Shown: positions 29,039 through 40,964, counted from the first letter of the stretch. The stretch: DNA of 53,285 nucleotides from an uncultured Chloroflexia bacterium (GCA_963712745.1 CAVQJC010000018.1:1-53285); one strand, 5' to 3'. Numbers and translations are program-made. Notes: generated by a model not told the origin, from the sequence alone.

Positions 29039-29967
29039 CCTACCACTTCGGCACAGGGCGAAGGGCCAGATCCTGGCCCTACCTCATGATGGCGCCGGCG
29101 GTGATCCTGTACGTCGTGCTCGCGCTGGGCCCATCCATCGCTACGAGCTTCTTCTCGGCCACTGACGCGACCGGCCTGCCGGGCCTCCCGGTCAACTTCG
29201 TGGGGCTGGACAACTACCGCGAGTTCCTCACCCTGGGCGCGCGCGCCCAGGAGAACCTCGACGCCATCTTCAGGACACTCGTGTTCTGCGTGGCCGTGAC
29301 GACCATCCAGTTCTCCCTGGGCTTGTTCGTGTCACTCCTGCTGAACATGGGCCTGCGTGGGACGAAGTTCTTCCGGACCCTCTTCTTCCTGCCCGTCATC
29401 CTGGGCGTCACGATCCAGGGACTGATGTGGACGCTCTTCCTGTATCCGCTGGGCGGTCCGCTGCAGTCCTTCCTCGAACTGTTCGGCATGCAGTCGCTGT
29501 TCCTTGGTGGGCAACCGGCCGAGGCATTCGCCTGGGTCATCGTCGTGCAGATCTGGTCCAACCTCGGCTTCACCATGGTGATCTTCCTGGCGGGCCTGCA
29601 GACCATCCCCGAAGAGGTCTACGAGTCTGCCCGGATCGACGGCGCCAGCCGGTGGCAGGCCTTCAAGAACGTGACCTGGCCGCTCCTGACGCCAGCGGTC
29701 AACACCAACCTCGTGCTGACCATCATCGGCTCGCTGCAGGCATGGCAGCTGTTCCTCGTCCTCACCGGCTACCGCCCGGGGACGCAGGTCATGGGCTACC
29801 TCGTCTACGCGGAGGCCTTCGGGCAGACGACCGGCAGCACGACCGTCAACAGTTTCCGACAGGGCTACGGGGCGGCCGCGGCGATGATCCTCTTCGTGAT
29901 CGTCCTCGCCATCGGCATCACCACCCAGTTCTTCCTGCGACGTAGAGAGGCTCGGCTGACAGGATGA
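29035..29967 (+). CDS. Carbohydrate ABC permease
   Basis: FRTLFFLP and AGLQTIPEEVYESARIDGAS. Confidence 0.93.
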   Translation: MTYHFGTGRRARSWPYLMMAPAVILYVVLALGPSIATSFFSATDATGLPGLPVNFVGLDNYREFLTLGARAQENLDAIFRTLVFCVAVTTIQFSLGLFVSLLLNMGLRGTKFFRTLFFLPVILGVTIQGLMWTLFLYPLGGPLQSFLELFGMQSLFLGGQPAEAFAWVIVVQIWSNLGFTMVIFLAGLQTIPEEVYESARIDGASRWQAFKNVTWPLLTPAVNTNLVLTIIGSLQAWQLFLVLTGYRPGTQVMGYLVYAEAFGQTTGSTTVNSFRQGYGAAAAMILFVIVLAIGITTQFFLRRREARLTG

Positions 29968-30845
29968 GTGTGGCGACGAACCAACGGCTGGACACCGCCG
30001 CGAGCGTGTCATCCACACCGACGCCGCCCCGCAAGCCGATCGACTGGGCGCGCATGGGATCCTATCTCGTGCTGCTCGTCCTCGGGGTCATCTATCTGGG
30101 ACCGCTGCTGATGCTGCTGAACACCTCCCTGTTGACGCCGGCCGAGTTCAACCGGTCGCCGATGACCCTGCCGTCGGCACCGAGCCTGGACAACTTCTTC
30201 GAGGCCTGGGACAAGGCCAACTTCGCCCAGTACCTGCTCAACAGCATCATCTACGTCGTCATCTCGACCGTGGTCTTCGTGGTCACCGGCACGTTCCTGG
30301 CCGTCGCCATCGCACGACGTTTCGTGCGGGGTGGCGGGCTGATGTTCACGCTCTTCCTGATCGCCGTCTTCCTGCCGCCGGCGCTCATCCCGCAGTTCCA
30401 GCTCATCCTGCGCCTGGGCCTGTTCAACAACCCGCTCGGCTACGTCATGCTATTCGTGGTCAACCCCATCGGCATCGTCATCCTGGTCAGCTACATCCGG
30501 ACCATCCCCAAGGAGCTGGATGAAGCCGTGGCCATCGAGGGTGCGGGCTACCTGCGCTACGTGTTCCAGATCGTCATGCCGCTGGCGAAGCCGGCGATCG
30601 CCACGGTCGCAGTGCTGCACGCGATCGGGGTCTGGAACGAGCTGATCCTGCCGACCATCTACCTGACGAGCCAGGAGTACTTCCCCGTCACACGCGGCTT
30701 GATCGTCTTCCAGGGCGTCTACGGCAACAACTGGCCACTCCTGGCCGCTGGTGTCCTGATGATCGCCCTGCCGATGGTGGTGTTCTTCATCTTCATGCAG
30801 CGCTACATCATCGGCGGCGTCACGGCCGGTGCCGTCAAGGGCTAG
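29964..30845 (+). CDS. Carbohydrate ABC permease
   Basis: IPKELDEAVAIEGA, WNE, QRYIIGG..AGAVKG. Confidence 0.93.
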   Translation: MSVATNQRLDTAASVSSTPTPPRKPIDWARMGSYLVLLVLGVIYLGPLLMLLNTSLLTPAEFNRSPMTLPSAPSLDNFFEAWDKANFAQYLLNSIIYVVISTVVFVVTGTFLAVAIARRFVRGGGLMFTLFLIAVFLPPALIPQFQLILRLGLFNNPLGYVMLFVVNPIGIVILVSYIRTIPKELDEAVAIEGAGYLRYVFQIVMPLAKPAIATVAVLHAIGVWNELILPTIYLTSQEYFPVTRGLIVFQGVYGNNWPLLAAGVLMIALPMVVFFIFMQRYIIGGVTAGAVKG

Positions 30846-30878
30846 CCAGATGCCGGAGACGCCTGGCGACGGCGAGGA

Positions 30879-32001
30879 GTGCACCTCTTGGTAGCAGGAA
30901 GGCGCCGGCAGGCCAAGGCATCCCGACGAGTGACGGTCAAGGACGTGGCCGCGCTGGCCAGCGTCTCGACGGCCACGGTCTCGCGCGTCGTGAACGGTAA
31001 CTCTCGCGTCGGCCCTGAGGTCAAGGCCAGGGTCATCATCGCCATCGACGAGCTGGGCTACGTGCCGAACCCTTCGGCGCGTAGCCTGATGACCCAGCGC
31101 ACGGGCTCCATCGGCGTGGTCGTTCTCGAGTCGGCTGACAGGCTCTTCGGCGACCCGTTCTTCGGACAGCTGATGCTCGGCATCAGCGCGGCCCTGGCAG
31201 AACGCGACCGGCGTCTCGTGCTCATGCTCGCCCCGACACGTGACGAAGAGTCCGGGGTCGAGCGCTACCTGGTCTCCGGCCACGTCGATGGGATCGTGCT
31301 CGTGGGCCCCCACGGTGCCGACCCCCTGCTGAAGCGCCTGATCCGAGGCCGCCTACCCATGGTCGTGAGCGGCCGGCCGATGGAGGATCGATCCAGTGAG
31401 CTACGTGGACGCCCACAACCGGAGTGGCGCTGAGTCGGCCGTGCGCCACCTCATCGCAAGCGGGAGACAGACCATCGCCACCATCTACGGCACGCTGGAG
31501 CTGCCCTCCGCGAGGGACCGTCTCGAGGGCTACCACGATGCGTTGATGAGTGCTGGACGCTCGATCGATCCCTCGCTGGAGGCATCCGGAGAGTACAGAG
31601 CGGCGACCGCCTTCACGGCCATGAGAACGCTGCTCCGGAGGCACCCTGAGCTCGATGCTGTGTTCGTTGGTTCGGACAGCATGGCCATCGCGGCCATGCA
31701 GGCCATCAAGGACTCCGGTCGTCGAGTCCCGCAGGACGTCGCCGTGATCGGGTTCGACGACCTGCCGACCGCTCTCGAATCCCGGCCCACGCTATCGACC
31801 GTGCGCCAGCCCATCGAAGCCATGGGGCGCGAGATGGTGCGGCTCGTGCTCCAACAGATCAGTGACCCCGACAGCGCCGCGAACGAGGTCGTCTTTGCCA
31901 CCGAGCTCGTGCTGCGAGGCTCGACCGGCGACGTGACCCAAGAAGCGCCTGTCGCGATCAGCGCGTACGACGCGGTGGCTTCCAGTGCCCCGGGCGATTG
32001 A
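30879..32001 (+). CDS. LacI family regulator (frameshift near 31395)
   Basis: TVKDVAALASVSTATVSRV and YVPNPSARSL, then VSYVDAHN, RLEGY, RVPQDVAVIGFDD, LSTVRQP in a second frame. Confidence 0.88.
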
Positions 32002-32008
32002 GGCGACG

Positions 32009-32905
32009 ATGGGGCCCACACGTCGGGCGGGAACGTTGGCCGTGGCTGCGAGCCTCGCTCTCAGCATCGCTGCCGCGGCGGGATCCGCCCTCGGTGCCGA
32101 CCCGGCCGAGCGCCGCGAGGTAGCGCCCATGGGACCGGCCGACTGGACGCTTGCCTGGAGTGATGAGTTCGAGGGTCCCGCGGGCTCCCCAGCCGATCGG
32201 GCGAACTGGGGCTACGACCTGGGTGACGGAAGCGCCATCGGTCTCGCCGGTTGGGGCAACAACGAGCGCGAGTGGTACACCGATGACGCGGCGAACGTGG
32301 CGCTCGATGGCGATGGCCACTTGGCCATCACCGTCCGCGAACCCGATGGCAGCCAGGAGTGCTACTACGGTCCGTGCGAGTACACGTCTGCTCGGCTGCT
32401 GACCAAGGACCGCTTCGAGTTCCAGCACGGCTACCTCGAGGCACGGATCCGCGTGCCTTCGGGCTTTGGCCTGTGGCCGGCCTTCTGGCTGCTCGGGTCG
32501 AACATCGACGAGGTGAGCTGGCCCGCTTCCGGCGAGATCGATGTGATGGAGTTCGTCGGCCGGCGACCCAACGAGATCTGGGGCACCCTGCATGGACCGG
32601 GCTACTCGGGCAGCAGCGGCATCAGCGGGCAGATCGACCTTGGTGGACCGGTGGCAGACGCATTCCACACCGTCGCGCTGCATTGGGAGCCCGGCCGTAT
32701 GGCCTGGTTCCTGGATGGCTTGCCCTACCACGAAGTGACGCGCGAACAGGTCGCACCCAACGAGTGGGTCTTCGAGCAGCCCTTCTTCATGCTGCTCAAT
32801 GTGGCCGTCGGCGGCAACCTCGGAGGCCCCGTCTTCCCGGACACCGTCTTCCCCGCGCAGATGCTGGTGGAGTACGTCCGCCTCTATCAGCCGGAGGCCG
32901 CATGA
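32009..32905 (+). CDS. Secreted GH16 endo-beta-1,3-glucanase (laminarinase-like)
   Basis: Signal peptide, WSDEF, GWGNNE, YTSARL, WPAFW, catalytic EIDVME, LNVAVGG. Confidence 0.92.
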   Translation: MGPTRRAGTLAVAASLALSIAAAAGSALGADPAERREVAPMGPADWTLAWSDEFEGPAGSPADRANWGYDLGDGSAIGLAGWGNNEREWYTDDAANVALDGDGHLAITVREPDGSQECYYGPCEYTSARLLTKDRFEFQHGYLEARIRVPSGFGLWPAFWLLGSNIDEVSWPASGEIDVMEFVGRRPNEIWGTLHGPGYSGSSGISGQIDLGGPVADAFHTVALHWEPGRMAWFLDGLPYHEVTREQVAPNEWVFEQPFFMLLNVAVGGNLGGPVFPDTVFPAQMLVEYVRLYQPEAA

Positions 32906-35900
32906 TCACCCACGACGACATCGTCCGGCCGGCGCAAGCCCTGGTCCCCGCGGGCGAGCTCTCGGTCCAGGGAGGCTTCGTCACCATCGAAGGGGACCGC
33001 TACGCCCGTATCGCCGACGTCGATTCCATGCCACCGTTCCTCATGAGCGTCGTCAGTGACAGCGATGTGTGGCTGTTCGTCGGCTCGAATGGAGCCTTCA
33101 CGGCGGGGCGTCGCGATCCCGATCACGCGTTGTTCCCGAGCCAGACAGCCGACAAGATCCTGCGCGATTCGAACGCCAGCGGTGTTCGAAGTGCCCTCCT
33201 CGTATCTCGCGGTGGGCCTGTGACCCTCTGGCAGCCCTGGCTGGACGTTCCGGGGACCCGGTCGGTGCATCGGAACCTCTACAAGCGTGTCGACGGAACA
33301 GCGGTGATCTTCGAGGAGCTCAACGTCGACCTGGGCCTGCGCTTTCGCTGGCGTCTGTCGGCCTGCGAGGCCTTCGGGGTGGTCCGCCACGCCGTCGTCG
33401 ACGAGATCGCCGGCGAGGCCGTCGACGTCCGCTACCTCGACGGCTGGCACGACCTAATCCCGCCGGGGGTCCACAGGGACCTGTACGCGCGCCTGAGCTA
33501 TCTGGCCATCGCCTACATGCGCCACGAGCGCCTCGAGGAATCTCGCCTGGCGCTCTACACCCTCAACACGATGGTCTCCGATCGTCCCGAACCGTCGGAA
33601 GCGCTGCGCGTGGCGACGGCTTGGGCCATCGGCCACGCGGCTCCGCACCTGCTGCTGAGCGACGCACAGGTGGAGAGCTTCCGCCGGGGAGGCGTGGTGA
33701 CGAGCGAGTCGGAGGTCCGGGGAATGATGGGCGCGTACCTGGCGGCCGACCGGGTCGCGCTGCAGCCGAATGGCTCACATGACTGGTATGCGGTCGCAGA
33801 CACCGGCCTCGACCACCCGATGGTGCGTGAGCTGGCCCACCGACTGGACGCTCCCGATGACGAGTTGCGCTCGGCCCTGGAGGCGGCGCTGGAAGCCGAC
33901 CGCGCCGGGGTGCAGCGTCGCTTGGCTGGAGCCGACGCCACGCAGTCCACCGCCGACGAGGCCGCCACTGCCAACCATGTCGCGAACGTGCTCTTCAACC
34001 TCATGCGTGGTGGGACGTTCGAGAACGACTATGCGGTCCCGCGCCGCGACCTCGTGTCCTACCTGACCGACCAGAACCGGGTCGTGGCCGCACGTCATGA
34101 GCCCTGGCTTTCCCAGCTGCCCGAATGGATGGCCCTGGACCAGCTGCTGCGGTCGGCGCAGGCGCAAGACGACCCGCAGCTGACGCGCCTGCTGCACAGC
34201 TACCTGCCCCTCACCTTCAGCCGCCGTCACGGCGATCCAAGCCGGCCCTGGAACTGGTACACCATCCGCGTCCACGACGGTGACGACCTGGTCTACGGCT
34301 ACGAGGGCAACTGGCGCGACATATTCCAGAACTGGGAAGCCCTTGGCGTCAGCTACCCGGGCTACCTGCCCCAGTTCATCAACGTGTTCCTGAACGCGTC
34401 GACGGCGGACGGGTACAACCCCTATCGCATCACACGGGCCGGGATCGACTGGGAGGTCGAGGATGCCGATGACCCCTGGAGCCACATCGGCTACTGGGGT
34501 GACCACCAGATCGTCTACCTCCTTCGGCTGCTGGAGGCCTACGAGCGGCACGAGCCGGGCGTCCTTCGAGCAGGGCTGGGCGACCGGATCTACTCGTATG
34601 CCGACGTTCCCTACCGGATCGACGACTTCAGCTCTATCGTCGCCGACCCGCGCCATACCATCACGTTCGATCACCCGCGACACCAGGCCTTGCTGGCCGC
34701 TGCTCAGGAGCTTGGCGCCGACGGGAGGCTGATTCGCGATGACGATGGTGAGGTCCGGCTCGTCACGCTCGCGGAGAAGCTGCTGGTCCCACTGCTGATC
34801 AAGCTCACCAACCTCGTCCCCGGTAGCGGTATCTGGCTCAACACCCAGCGCCCCGAGTGGAACGATGCGAACAACGCCCTCGCGGGCCTGGGGCTATCGG
34901 TCGTGACGCTCAACGCCCTCGTGCGCTACGCCAAGTTCCTGCTGGACACGTTCTGGGGCGATGGTGACGTCGAGCTGTCAGCCTCGGTGCGCGCCTTGCT
35001 CGACGAGCTGAACGACACCCTGAGCGCGGCCGTGCTGCCGATGGATGACCAGGAGCGCTATGCGACGATGGCGCGACTCGGAAGAGCAGGCGAGGCGCAC
35101 CGGGAGGCGGTCTACGCGGGAGCTTTCGGGGCGGCGGTCCCGACGGACCCGTCGGCGATCCGTGCGCTGCTCGATAGCGCGATCCGCCTGGCCCAGGCGA
35201 CCATCCAGGCCAGCAGACGAGCGGACGGGCTCTTCCACAGCTACGACGTCCTGAGCATCGACGGTGAGCGCGCACGGGTCGATCACCTCGGACCGATGCT
35301 CGAGGGACAGGTCGCGGTCCTCGAGTCCGGGATCCTCGACGACCACGCGTCCGTCGCGCTCCTGCGCGCCCTCCGCGAGAGCGGCCTCTACCGCCCCGAT
35401 CAGCACAGCTATCTGCTCTATCCCGATCGTCCCGCTGTGCCGTTCCTCCAGCGGAACACCATCCCGGGCGCGCCGCCGCTCGTCGACCCCTCGCTCTTCG
35501 TGCTCGATCGTGAAGGCGCGTGGCACTTCCAGGCCGACCTGAGCACACTGTCGGACATCGATGACTGTCTCGACACCATCGACGCGCCGCCCCACGTGCG
35601 GGAGGAGGTTCGCCAACTCTGGCGCGACACGTTTGCGCACGACGAGTTCACCGGCCGGAGCGACCGCTTCTTCATGTTCGAGGGCCTTGGCAGCATCTAC
35701 TGGCACATGGTCGCGAAGCTCGCCGTAGCCGTGCTGGGGTGTCACGGTCGCGCCTCTGACCCGGTCGCGCGGGCGGCACTGGCGGAGATCTACCACGACA
35801 TCCGCGATGGGCTCGGTTTCCGCAAGGATCCCGCCCTCCAGGGCGCGTTCCCCACCGATCCGTACTCGCACACTCCGCAGCATCTCGGCGCGCAGCAGCC

Positions 35901-36291
35901 GGGCATGACCGGGCAGGTCAAGGAACAGGTGCTCACGAGGTTCGGGGAGCTAGGCGTCGAAGTGATCGACGGCTGTGTGCGGTTCGCGCCCCGATTGATC
36001 CCCCGGAGCGAGCTTCTCGATGCACCCAGCGGTGCGAGCTTCCGCACGGCTGACGGCAGGAGCATGTCGGTCGACCTCACACCGGGCAGCCTCGCCTTCT
36101 CGTATTGCCAGGTGCCCATCATCTACACGATCGCTGGCGCTCCCGGGATCGAGTTGGAGCATGCGGACGGCCGGATCGAACATGTCGACGGCACACAGCT
36201 GGACAAGAGGCAGAGCGCGGCGCTCTTCGAGCGTCGCAGGGCGTACCGCCGCCTGACGGTGACCGTCCCGGGCGATCAGCTGTACGAGTGA
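32902..36291 (+). CDS. GH149-like beta-1,3-glucan phosphorylase (1129 aa)
   Basis: [77 protein letters not shown]; size matches the family. Confidence 0.82.
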   Translation: MITHDDIVRPAQALVPAGELSVQGGFVTIEGDRYARIADVDSMPPFLMSVVSDSDVWLFVGSNGAFTAGRRDPDHALFPSQTADKILRDSNASGVRSALLVSRGGPVTLWQPWLDVPGTRSVHRNLYKRVDGTAVIFEELNVDLGLRFRWRLSACEAFGVVRHAVVDEIAGEAVDVRYLDGWHDLIPPGVHRDLYARLSYLAIAYMRHERLEESRLALYTLNTMVSDRPEPSEALRVATAWAIGHAAPHLLLSDAQVESFRRGGVVTSESEVRGMMGAYLAADRVALQPNGSHDWYAVADTGLDHPMVRELAHRLDAPDDELRSALEAALEADRAGVQRRLAGADATQSTADEAATANHVANVLFNLMRGGTFENDYAVPRRDLVSYLTDQNRVVAARHEPWLSQLPEWMALDQLLRSAQAQDDPQLTRLLHSYLPLTFSRRHGDPSRPWNWYTIRVHDGDDLVYGYEGNWRDIFQNWEALGVSYPGYLPQFINVFLNASTADGYNPYRITRAGIDWEVEDADDPWSHIGYWGDHQIVYLLRLLEAYERHEPGVLRAGLGDRIYSYADVPYRIDDFSSIVADPRHTITFDHPRHQALLAAAQELGADGRLIRDDDGEVRLVTLAEKLLVPLLIKLTNLVPGSGIWLNTQRPEWNDANNALAGLGLSVVTLNALVRYAKFLLDTFWGDGDVELSASVRALLDELNDTLSAAVLPMDDQERYATMARLGRAGEAHREAVYAGAFGAAVPTDPSAIRALLDSAIRLAQATIQASRRADGLFHSYDVLSIDGERARVDHLGPMLEGQVAVLESGILDDHASVALLRALRESGLYRPDQHSYLLYPDRPAVPFLQRNTIPGAPPLVDPSLFVLDREGAWHFQADLSTLSDIDDCLDTIDAPPHVREEVRQLWRDTFAHDEFTGRSDRFFMFEGLGSIYWHMVAKLAVAVLGCHGRASDPVARAALAEIYHDIRDGLGFRKDPALQGAFPTDPYSHTPQHLGAQQPGMTGQVKEQVLTRFGELGVEVIDGCVRFAPRLIPRSELLDAPSGASFRTADGRSMSVDLTPGSLAFSYCQVPIIYTIAGAPGIELEHADGRIEHVDGTQLDKRQSAALFERRRAYRRLTVTVPGDQLYE

Positions 36292-36346
36292 TGCCAGTCG
36301 TCCATGCCTGGCGCGTCCCCTCGCCAGCTCCCTCCGTAGGCACCTC

Positions 36347-37772
36347 ATGACGGCGGCGAGTGCGTCGACGCGTGGGACCCCTGATCCCTCGCTCGCCGTG
36401 GATCCATCGCGGTTCCCGGACACGTTCCTCTGGGGTGCCGCCACGTCGGCCTATCAGGTCGATGGTGGCGCGCGAGAAGACGGTCGCACGCCGTCGATCT
36501 GGGACACCTTCTCCCATACGCCGGGCAAGACGAATCGAGGCGACACCGGCGACGTCGCCTGCGACCACTATCACCGGTGGTCGGAGGACGTCGACCTCAT
36601 CGCGGACCTGGGCCTGAATGCCTACCGACTCTCCGTCTCCTGGCCGCGACTGCAGCCCGGCGGAGCCGGCCCACTGAACCTGCGTGGCGTGGCCTTCTAC
36701 CGCTCACTCCTGGAACGCCTTCGGTCGCGCGGTGTCCGACCTTTCGTAACGCTCTATCACTGGGAGTTGCCCCAGGAGCTCGAGGAGGCGGGCGGTTGGC
36801 CCGAACGAGACACTGCCGCTCGATTTGCCGATTTCGCGGGTGCGGCCGTGGCCGCGCTCGGTGACCTAGCGAGTGACTGGATCACCCTGAACGAGCCGTG
36901 GTGTCAGGCGTTCCTCGGCTACCACAGCGGCATCCATGCCCCGGGTCGGCAGAGCCTTGCGGACGCCGTGGCCGCTGCGCACCATCTGAACCTCGCCCAT
37001 GGCCTGGCTGTCGGCGCGATCCGGGCGGCGCGCGATGAGACAAGCATCGGTGTCGCCAACATCCTTACGCACATCCGACCCGAAGTCGCAGCGCCCCGCG
37101 GACGTCGAGGCTGCCGAGCGGGTCGACCTGAACAACAACCGGCTGTTCCTCGATCCGGTGCTGCTGGGCCACTACCCCGCCGCGGTCGAGGACCTCTACG
37201 GGGCGTACGGGTTCAGCGGACTGGTCCGAGCAGAGGATGAGTCCATCATCGGGGTCCCGCTGGACTTCCTGGCTGTCAACCACTACCACCACATGGTCAT
37301 CGAGGCAGACCCGTCAGATCCGCACCTGGGAGCTCGCGGGGTGTCGGCCGAGCCAGCGACCACCTCACTCGGCTGGTCCGTGACTCCCGAGGCCCTGTAC
37401 GCAGTGCTCATGCGCGTAGGCAGGGAGTACCCGCCCATCCCGCTATTCATCACCGAGAACGGCGCCTCGTACGCTGACTACGTCGACCCCACGGGGGCGG
37501 TGCGTGACATCGAGCGCGTCGAGTACCTGCAGGGGTACCTGGGTGCGGCTGCTCGGGCCATCGAGGCCGGCGTGGACCTGCACGGCTACTTCGCCTGGTC
37601 ACTCCTCGACAACTTCGAGTGGGGTGAGGGCTACCGGAGCCGGTTCGGCCTGGTGTACGTCGACTACGGCACGCAGCGACGAATCCCCAAGGCCAGCGCC
37701 GGCTGGTATCGCGACCTGATACGGCGACACTCGGTCAGCCAGGGTGCGCGATCGATCTCAGCGCGAGGCTGA
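36347..37772 (+). CDS. GH1 beta-glucosidase (frameshift near 37080)
   Basis: [36 protein letters not shown]. Confidence 0.9.
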
Positions 37773-37874
37773 CCGCGCTGCGAATCGAGGATGGACTCCT
37801 TGAGCAAGCGATCGATACCGCCGGCGCACGAGGCGATGCCATCGAGTTGTCCCATGGCTTGCCATACTGGGCCC

Positions 37875-38364
37875 ATGACGAACACGCGGTACTCGACCAC
37901 CCGTCCGGAGCGCGTCCGGGTCGTCGTCGCGATGCTCTTGCTCGCGCTCGCCAGTATCCCGTCGCTGGCCGCACCAGTCGCGGCCCAGGAGGAGTCGCCC
38001 GCGCCATCGGCATCTCCGACCGCGGCCGAGGCTGCCTGCGCCAGCGCCAGCGACCTGCGTTTCATCATCGACTTCATCGCTGACAGCGTGGAGTCAGAGA
38101 GCGGCCTGATCCCGGTCGCGGTCGGCGCCATCGCGGCGCTGAGTGAGGCGCGGACCCTGGCGGGACTGGCAGGCGAGACGTATCGACCGCTCGTTGAGTG
38201 ATCTCGTCGTCTCGCTCCAGGACCTGCGTGACGCGGTCGGGGACCTGGAGGACCTGGACACGGCCGGGGCCAAGCTTGCGGTCATCGGGGGATCGGTCGA
38301 GGACATCGGCAACGCGATGGACGCGCTGTCGGTGCAGCTTCGAACTCGCTGTCCGGCCGAGTAG
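37875..38364 (+). CDS. Exported hypothetical protein (frameshift near 38198)
   Basis: Signal peptide ...AAPVAAQ; GTT GAG (T) GAT CTC joins a helical C-terminus ending RCPAE*. Confidence 0.55.
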
Positions 38365-38506
38365 CCAGTCGAATCGCCTGCTCACGACCAGGGCCAGATG
38401 CCCGTAGCGGTAGCGCGGGCACGTGTTCCGCATGATCGACCTGTCGACAAGTCCTCCGCGGATGAGCAGGCGACGATCGGCCGGGTCATGCGCGATATCG
38501 TCGAGT

Positions 38507-39292
38507 TCATCCGCGCCGGCGGGTGCCCGCGCGAGCGGCATCGTCCATGTAGGGATAGCGGATGAGCCCGCGCTCGCGAAGCCACTTGTGCATGTACCCG
38601 AAATGTGTGCGTTCGAAGGCCGCGTGGAACTCGCGGGTCTCGAACTCCCCGGCGCGACGGAACCGATTGACCTGGCGGAGCTCCTTGGTCGACGCAGGCC
38701 AGCGTACGGCATTGACCACGAGCGCATAGACCACCAGATCGGGCTTGCGGCGCGCCGCGAAGTAGAGCGGCAGGTAGGCGGTCCAGCCCTCCGCTGCCAG
38801 CAGCGGGTCCCTCAGGATGTAGAGGCCGACCAGCTGGCTGGCGACGATGCTCACGGGGATCGCGAGCGGGTCTCGGGCAAGGCACATGCCCATCGTCACC
38901 GAGTCACCGCGACCGCCGGCGAACCGGTGCTGTAGCGGCAGCATCTGGCCGACACTGCTGGCCGACGCCCAGAGGATGTCGAGATGTCGGCCGGGATGGG
39001 TACGTCGAAGGACGAGGGTCGGCAATGCCACCTTGGCCATGTCCAGCAGCGAGGCCACGATGCCCAACGCTGGGCCCGCGGTGACCTCCACCGTCGTCGC
39101 TCCTGCGAAGTCGAAGCGGATCGCCTTGCCCTCGCCCCATTCGAGGATGAGGTGGTTGGTGGTGGGCTTGTGGCTGACCATGCGCTGGATGATGCGGGGG
39201 ACCTGGATCGACCCGACCGCGTATGCGACCACGGCGAGTGCGGCAGCTCGCAGGATCCGTCGCGATGTCACGATGCCTGGAAGCAGCACCAT
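38507..39292 (-). CDS. Second divergent PlsY-like acyltransferase family protein
   Basis: AYAVGSI, GATTV, DMAKV, GQMLPLQHRFAGGRG. Confidence 0.75.
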   Translation of the reverse strand: MVLLPGIVTSRRILRAAALAVVAYAVGSIQVPRIIQRMVSHKPTTNHLILEWGEGKAIRFDFAGATTVEVTAGPALGIVASLLDMAKVALPTLVLRRTHPGRHLDILWASASSVGQMLPLQHRFAGGRGDSVTMGMCLARDPLAIPVSIVASQLVGLYILRDPLLAAEGWTAYLPLYFAARRKPDLVVYALVVNAVRWPASTKELRQVNRFRRAGEFETREFHAAFERTHFGYMHKWLRERGLIRYPYMDDAARAGTRRRG

Positions 39293-39513
39293 CGGCCGGT
39301 CGCGTGCCGAGGCTGTCCTGCCACGCCGACGGCTATCGTCGCGATCAAGTGCGCCATCTGCCCATCGTAGACCGACGCCACGCGCCAGGACCAGGAGCCG
39401 CTCGAATCGAGCCCGATTCCCGCCGAGGAGTTGACGCGGTCGCTGGGTGACCCTATAGTCTCGACAAACCATCAACAGACGCGAGACATGAACCGAGGGG
39501 GCCGCACCCAGCC

Positions 39514-40332
39514 ATGAACATCGACGCCGTAAGCGCAGCACCGGCTGTGCAGATCTCGGATGAACGAAGACACAGCCTCTTTCGATGGAATGGCGTGCTG
39601 GCAGCCCTGCACGGTATCCAGGGACTCATCATCCTGGCCATCTCGCTCGCCGCGGCGGAGCTCGTCACCTCACCGGTGGTCAGCAGCTACCTGTCGTTCG
39701 ACAGCGCGACCGATTCGCTCGTCCCCGCAGAGCAGACCCTGTTCGACCTGCCCATCGGACCTGCGGTGGCACTGTTCTTCTTCCTGAGTGCGGGCGCTCA
39801 TGCGCTGTTGGCCTGGCCGGCCCGAGGCTGGTACGAACGCAAACTCGGTGAACACATCGCACCCGCGCGCTGGATCGAGTACTCACTCAGCTCGAGCGTC
39901 ATGATCGTGGTCATCGCCGCCCTCTCGGGCATCCAGGAGATCGGCACGCTGGTGGCTCTCTTCGGCATCAACGCAGCGATGAACCTGTTCGGCTGGTCGA
40001 TGGAGTCTGCCAACCAAGGTCGCGAGAAGACCCAGTGGAATCACTACGTGTTCGGCGTCATCGCGGGCATCGTGCCCTGGATCGTCATCGGCATCGCACT
40101 CTGGTCCGCCTCCAACGAACCGGGTGCTGCGGGCGTACCCACGTTCGTCTACGTCATCTTCATCTCGCTCTTCCTGAGTTTCAACGTCTTCGCCATCACC
40201 ATGATCCTGCAGTACGGCAAGGTCGGACGCTGGCGTGACTACCTGGTGGGCGAGAAGTCCTACATGCTGCTGAGCCTCATCGCCAAGACCCTGCTCGCAT
40301 GGCAGGTCTTCGCCGGAACGCTTCGGCCATGA
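39514..40332 (+). CDS. heR: Heliorhodopsin
   Basis: LHGIQ, AH, RWIEYSLSSSVM, NAAMNLFG..E, VPW, FNVFA..LQY, RDY..GEKSYMLLSLIAKTLLAW with the retinal-binding Lys. Confidence 0.93.
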   Translation: MNIDAVSAAPAVQISDERRHSLFRWNGVLAALHGIQGLIILAISLAAAELVTSPVVSSYLSFDSATDSLVPAEQTLFDLPIGPAVALFFFLSAGAHALLAWPARGWYERKLGEHIAPARWIEYSLSSSVMIVVIAALSGIQEIGTLVALFGINAAMNLFGWSMESANQGREKTQWNHYVFGVIAGIVPWIVIGIALWSASNEPGAAGVPTFVYVIFISLFLSFNVFAITMILQYGKVGRWRDYLVGEKSYMLLSLIAKTLLAWQVFAGTLRP

Positions 40333-40964
40333 CCAGGCACTGGCCCGGCGTGGCGGCCCTCGCAGCAGCGATGCTGTTGCTTCCGGCCTCGGCTGCGGCG
40401 CATTCTCCGTCGGTCACGAACGAAGTGGCGTCGGCCCCCGACGAGGCCATCGTCCTGGAGGACCCCACGCTGTCGCGCGCCGTTGGCGCACTGCTCAGTA
40501 CTCCGGGCGAGATCGACTGGTATCGGATGGACCTCCAGGCCGGAGATCCGCTCGTCGTCGGCATGACGGCCCCCGATGCCCAAGGCGCCGTGGCTGCGAC
40601 GTTCACGCTGCTCGGCCCGGGGCTGCCAGGTGCGGCCTCGAGCGGCGCGGCCGCACTTGAGCTTGCCGAGCGTGTCGACGTGGACGGCGCGGTCGTCTTC
40701 CGACCAGCAGCCGACCCGCCCCGCGAAGTGCATGGCGGGTTGGGCTTCATCAACTACGGAACGCTGCGGCTGGAAGCGCCCGAGACCGGCTCCTACTGGG
40801 TCGCGGTCTCAGCCGTGGATGCCAGCGAGACTGGCAAGTACGTCTTCGCTCCCGGGCTCCGCGAGGAGTTCGGCACGGACGCGATCGGTGGCATGGTCGA
40901 TCTCATCAGGTTCTTCAACGCACCATGGCCCGCGAGCGACGCGCAGAGCGAAGTCTCGTCCTGA
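40329..40964 (+). CDS. Exported protein with PPC-like beta-sandwich motifs
   Basis: Signal peptide ...ASAAAH; GEIDWYRMDLQAGD, APETGSYWVAV, GKYVFAPG.REEF; ATGA overlap with the heR stop. Confidence 0.7.
   Translation: MTRHWPGVAALAAAMLLLPASAAAHSPSVTNEVASAPDEAIVLEDPTLSRAVGALLSTPGEIDWYRMDLQAGDPLVVGMTAPDAQGAVAATFTLLGPGLPGAASSGAAALELAERVDVDGAVVFRPAADPPREVHGGLGFINYGTLRLEAPETGSYWVAVSAVDASETGKYVFAPGLREEFGTDAIGGMVDLIRFFNAPWPASDAQSEVSS

Noticed and set aside
7755-38200. Programmed ribosomal frameshifting at the split genes
   Set aside because: No slippery heptamers seen, and these families are not known to be recoded.
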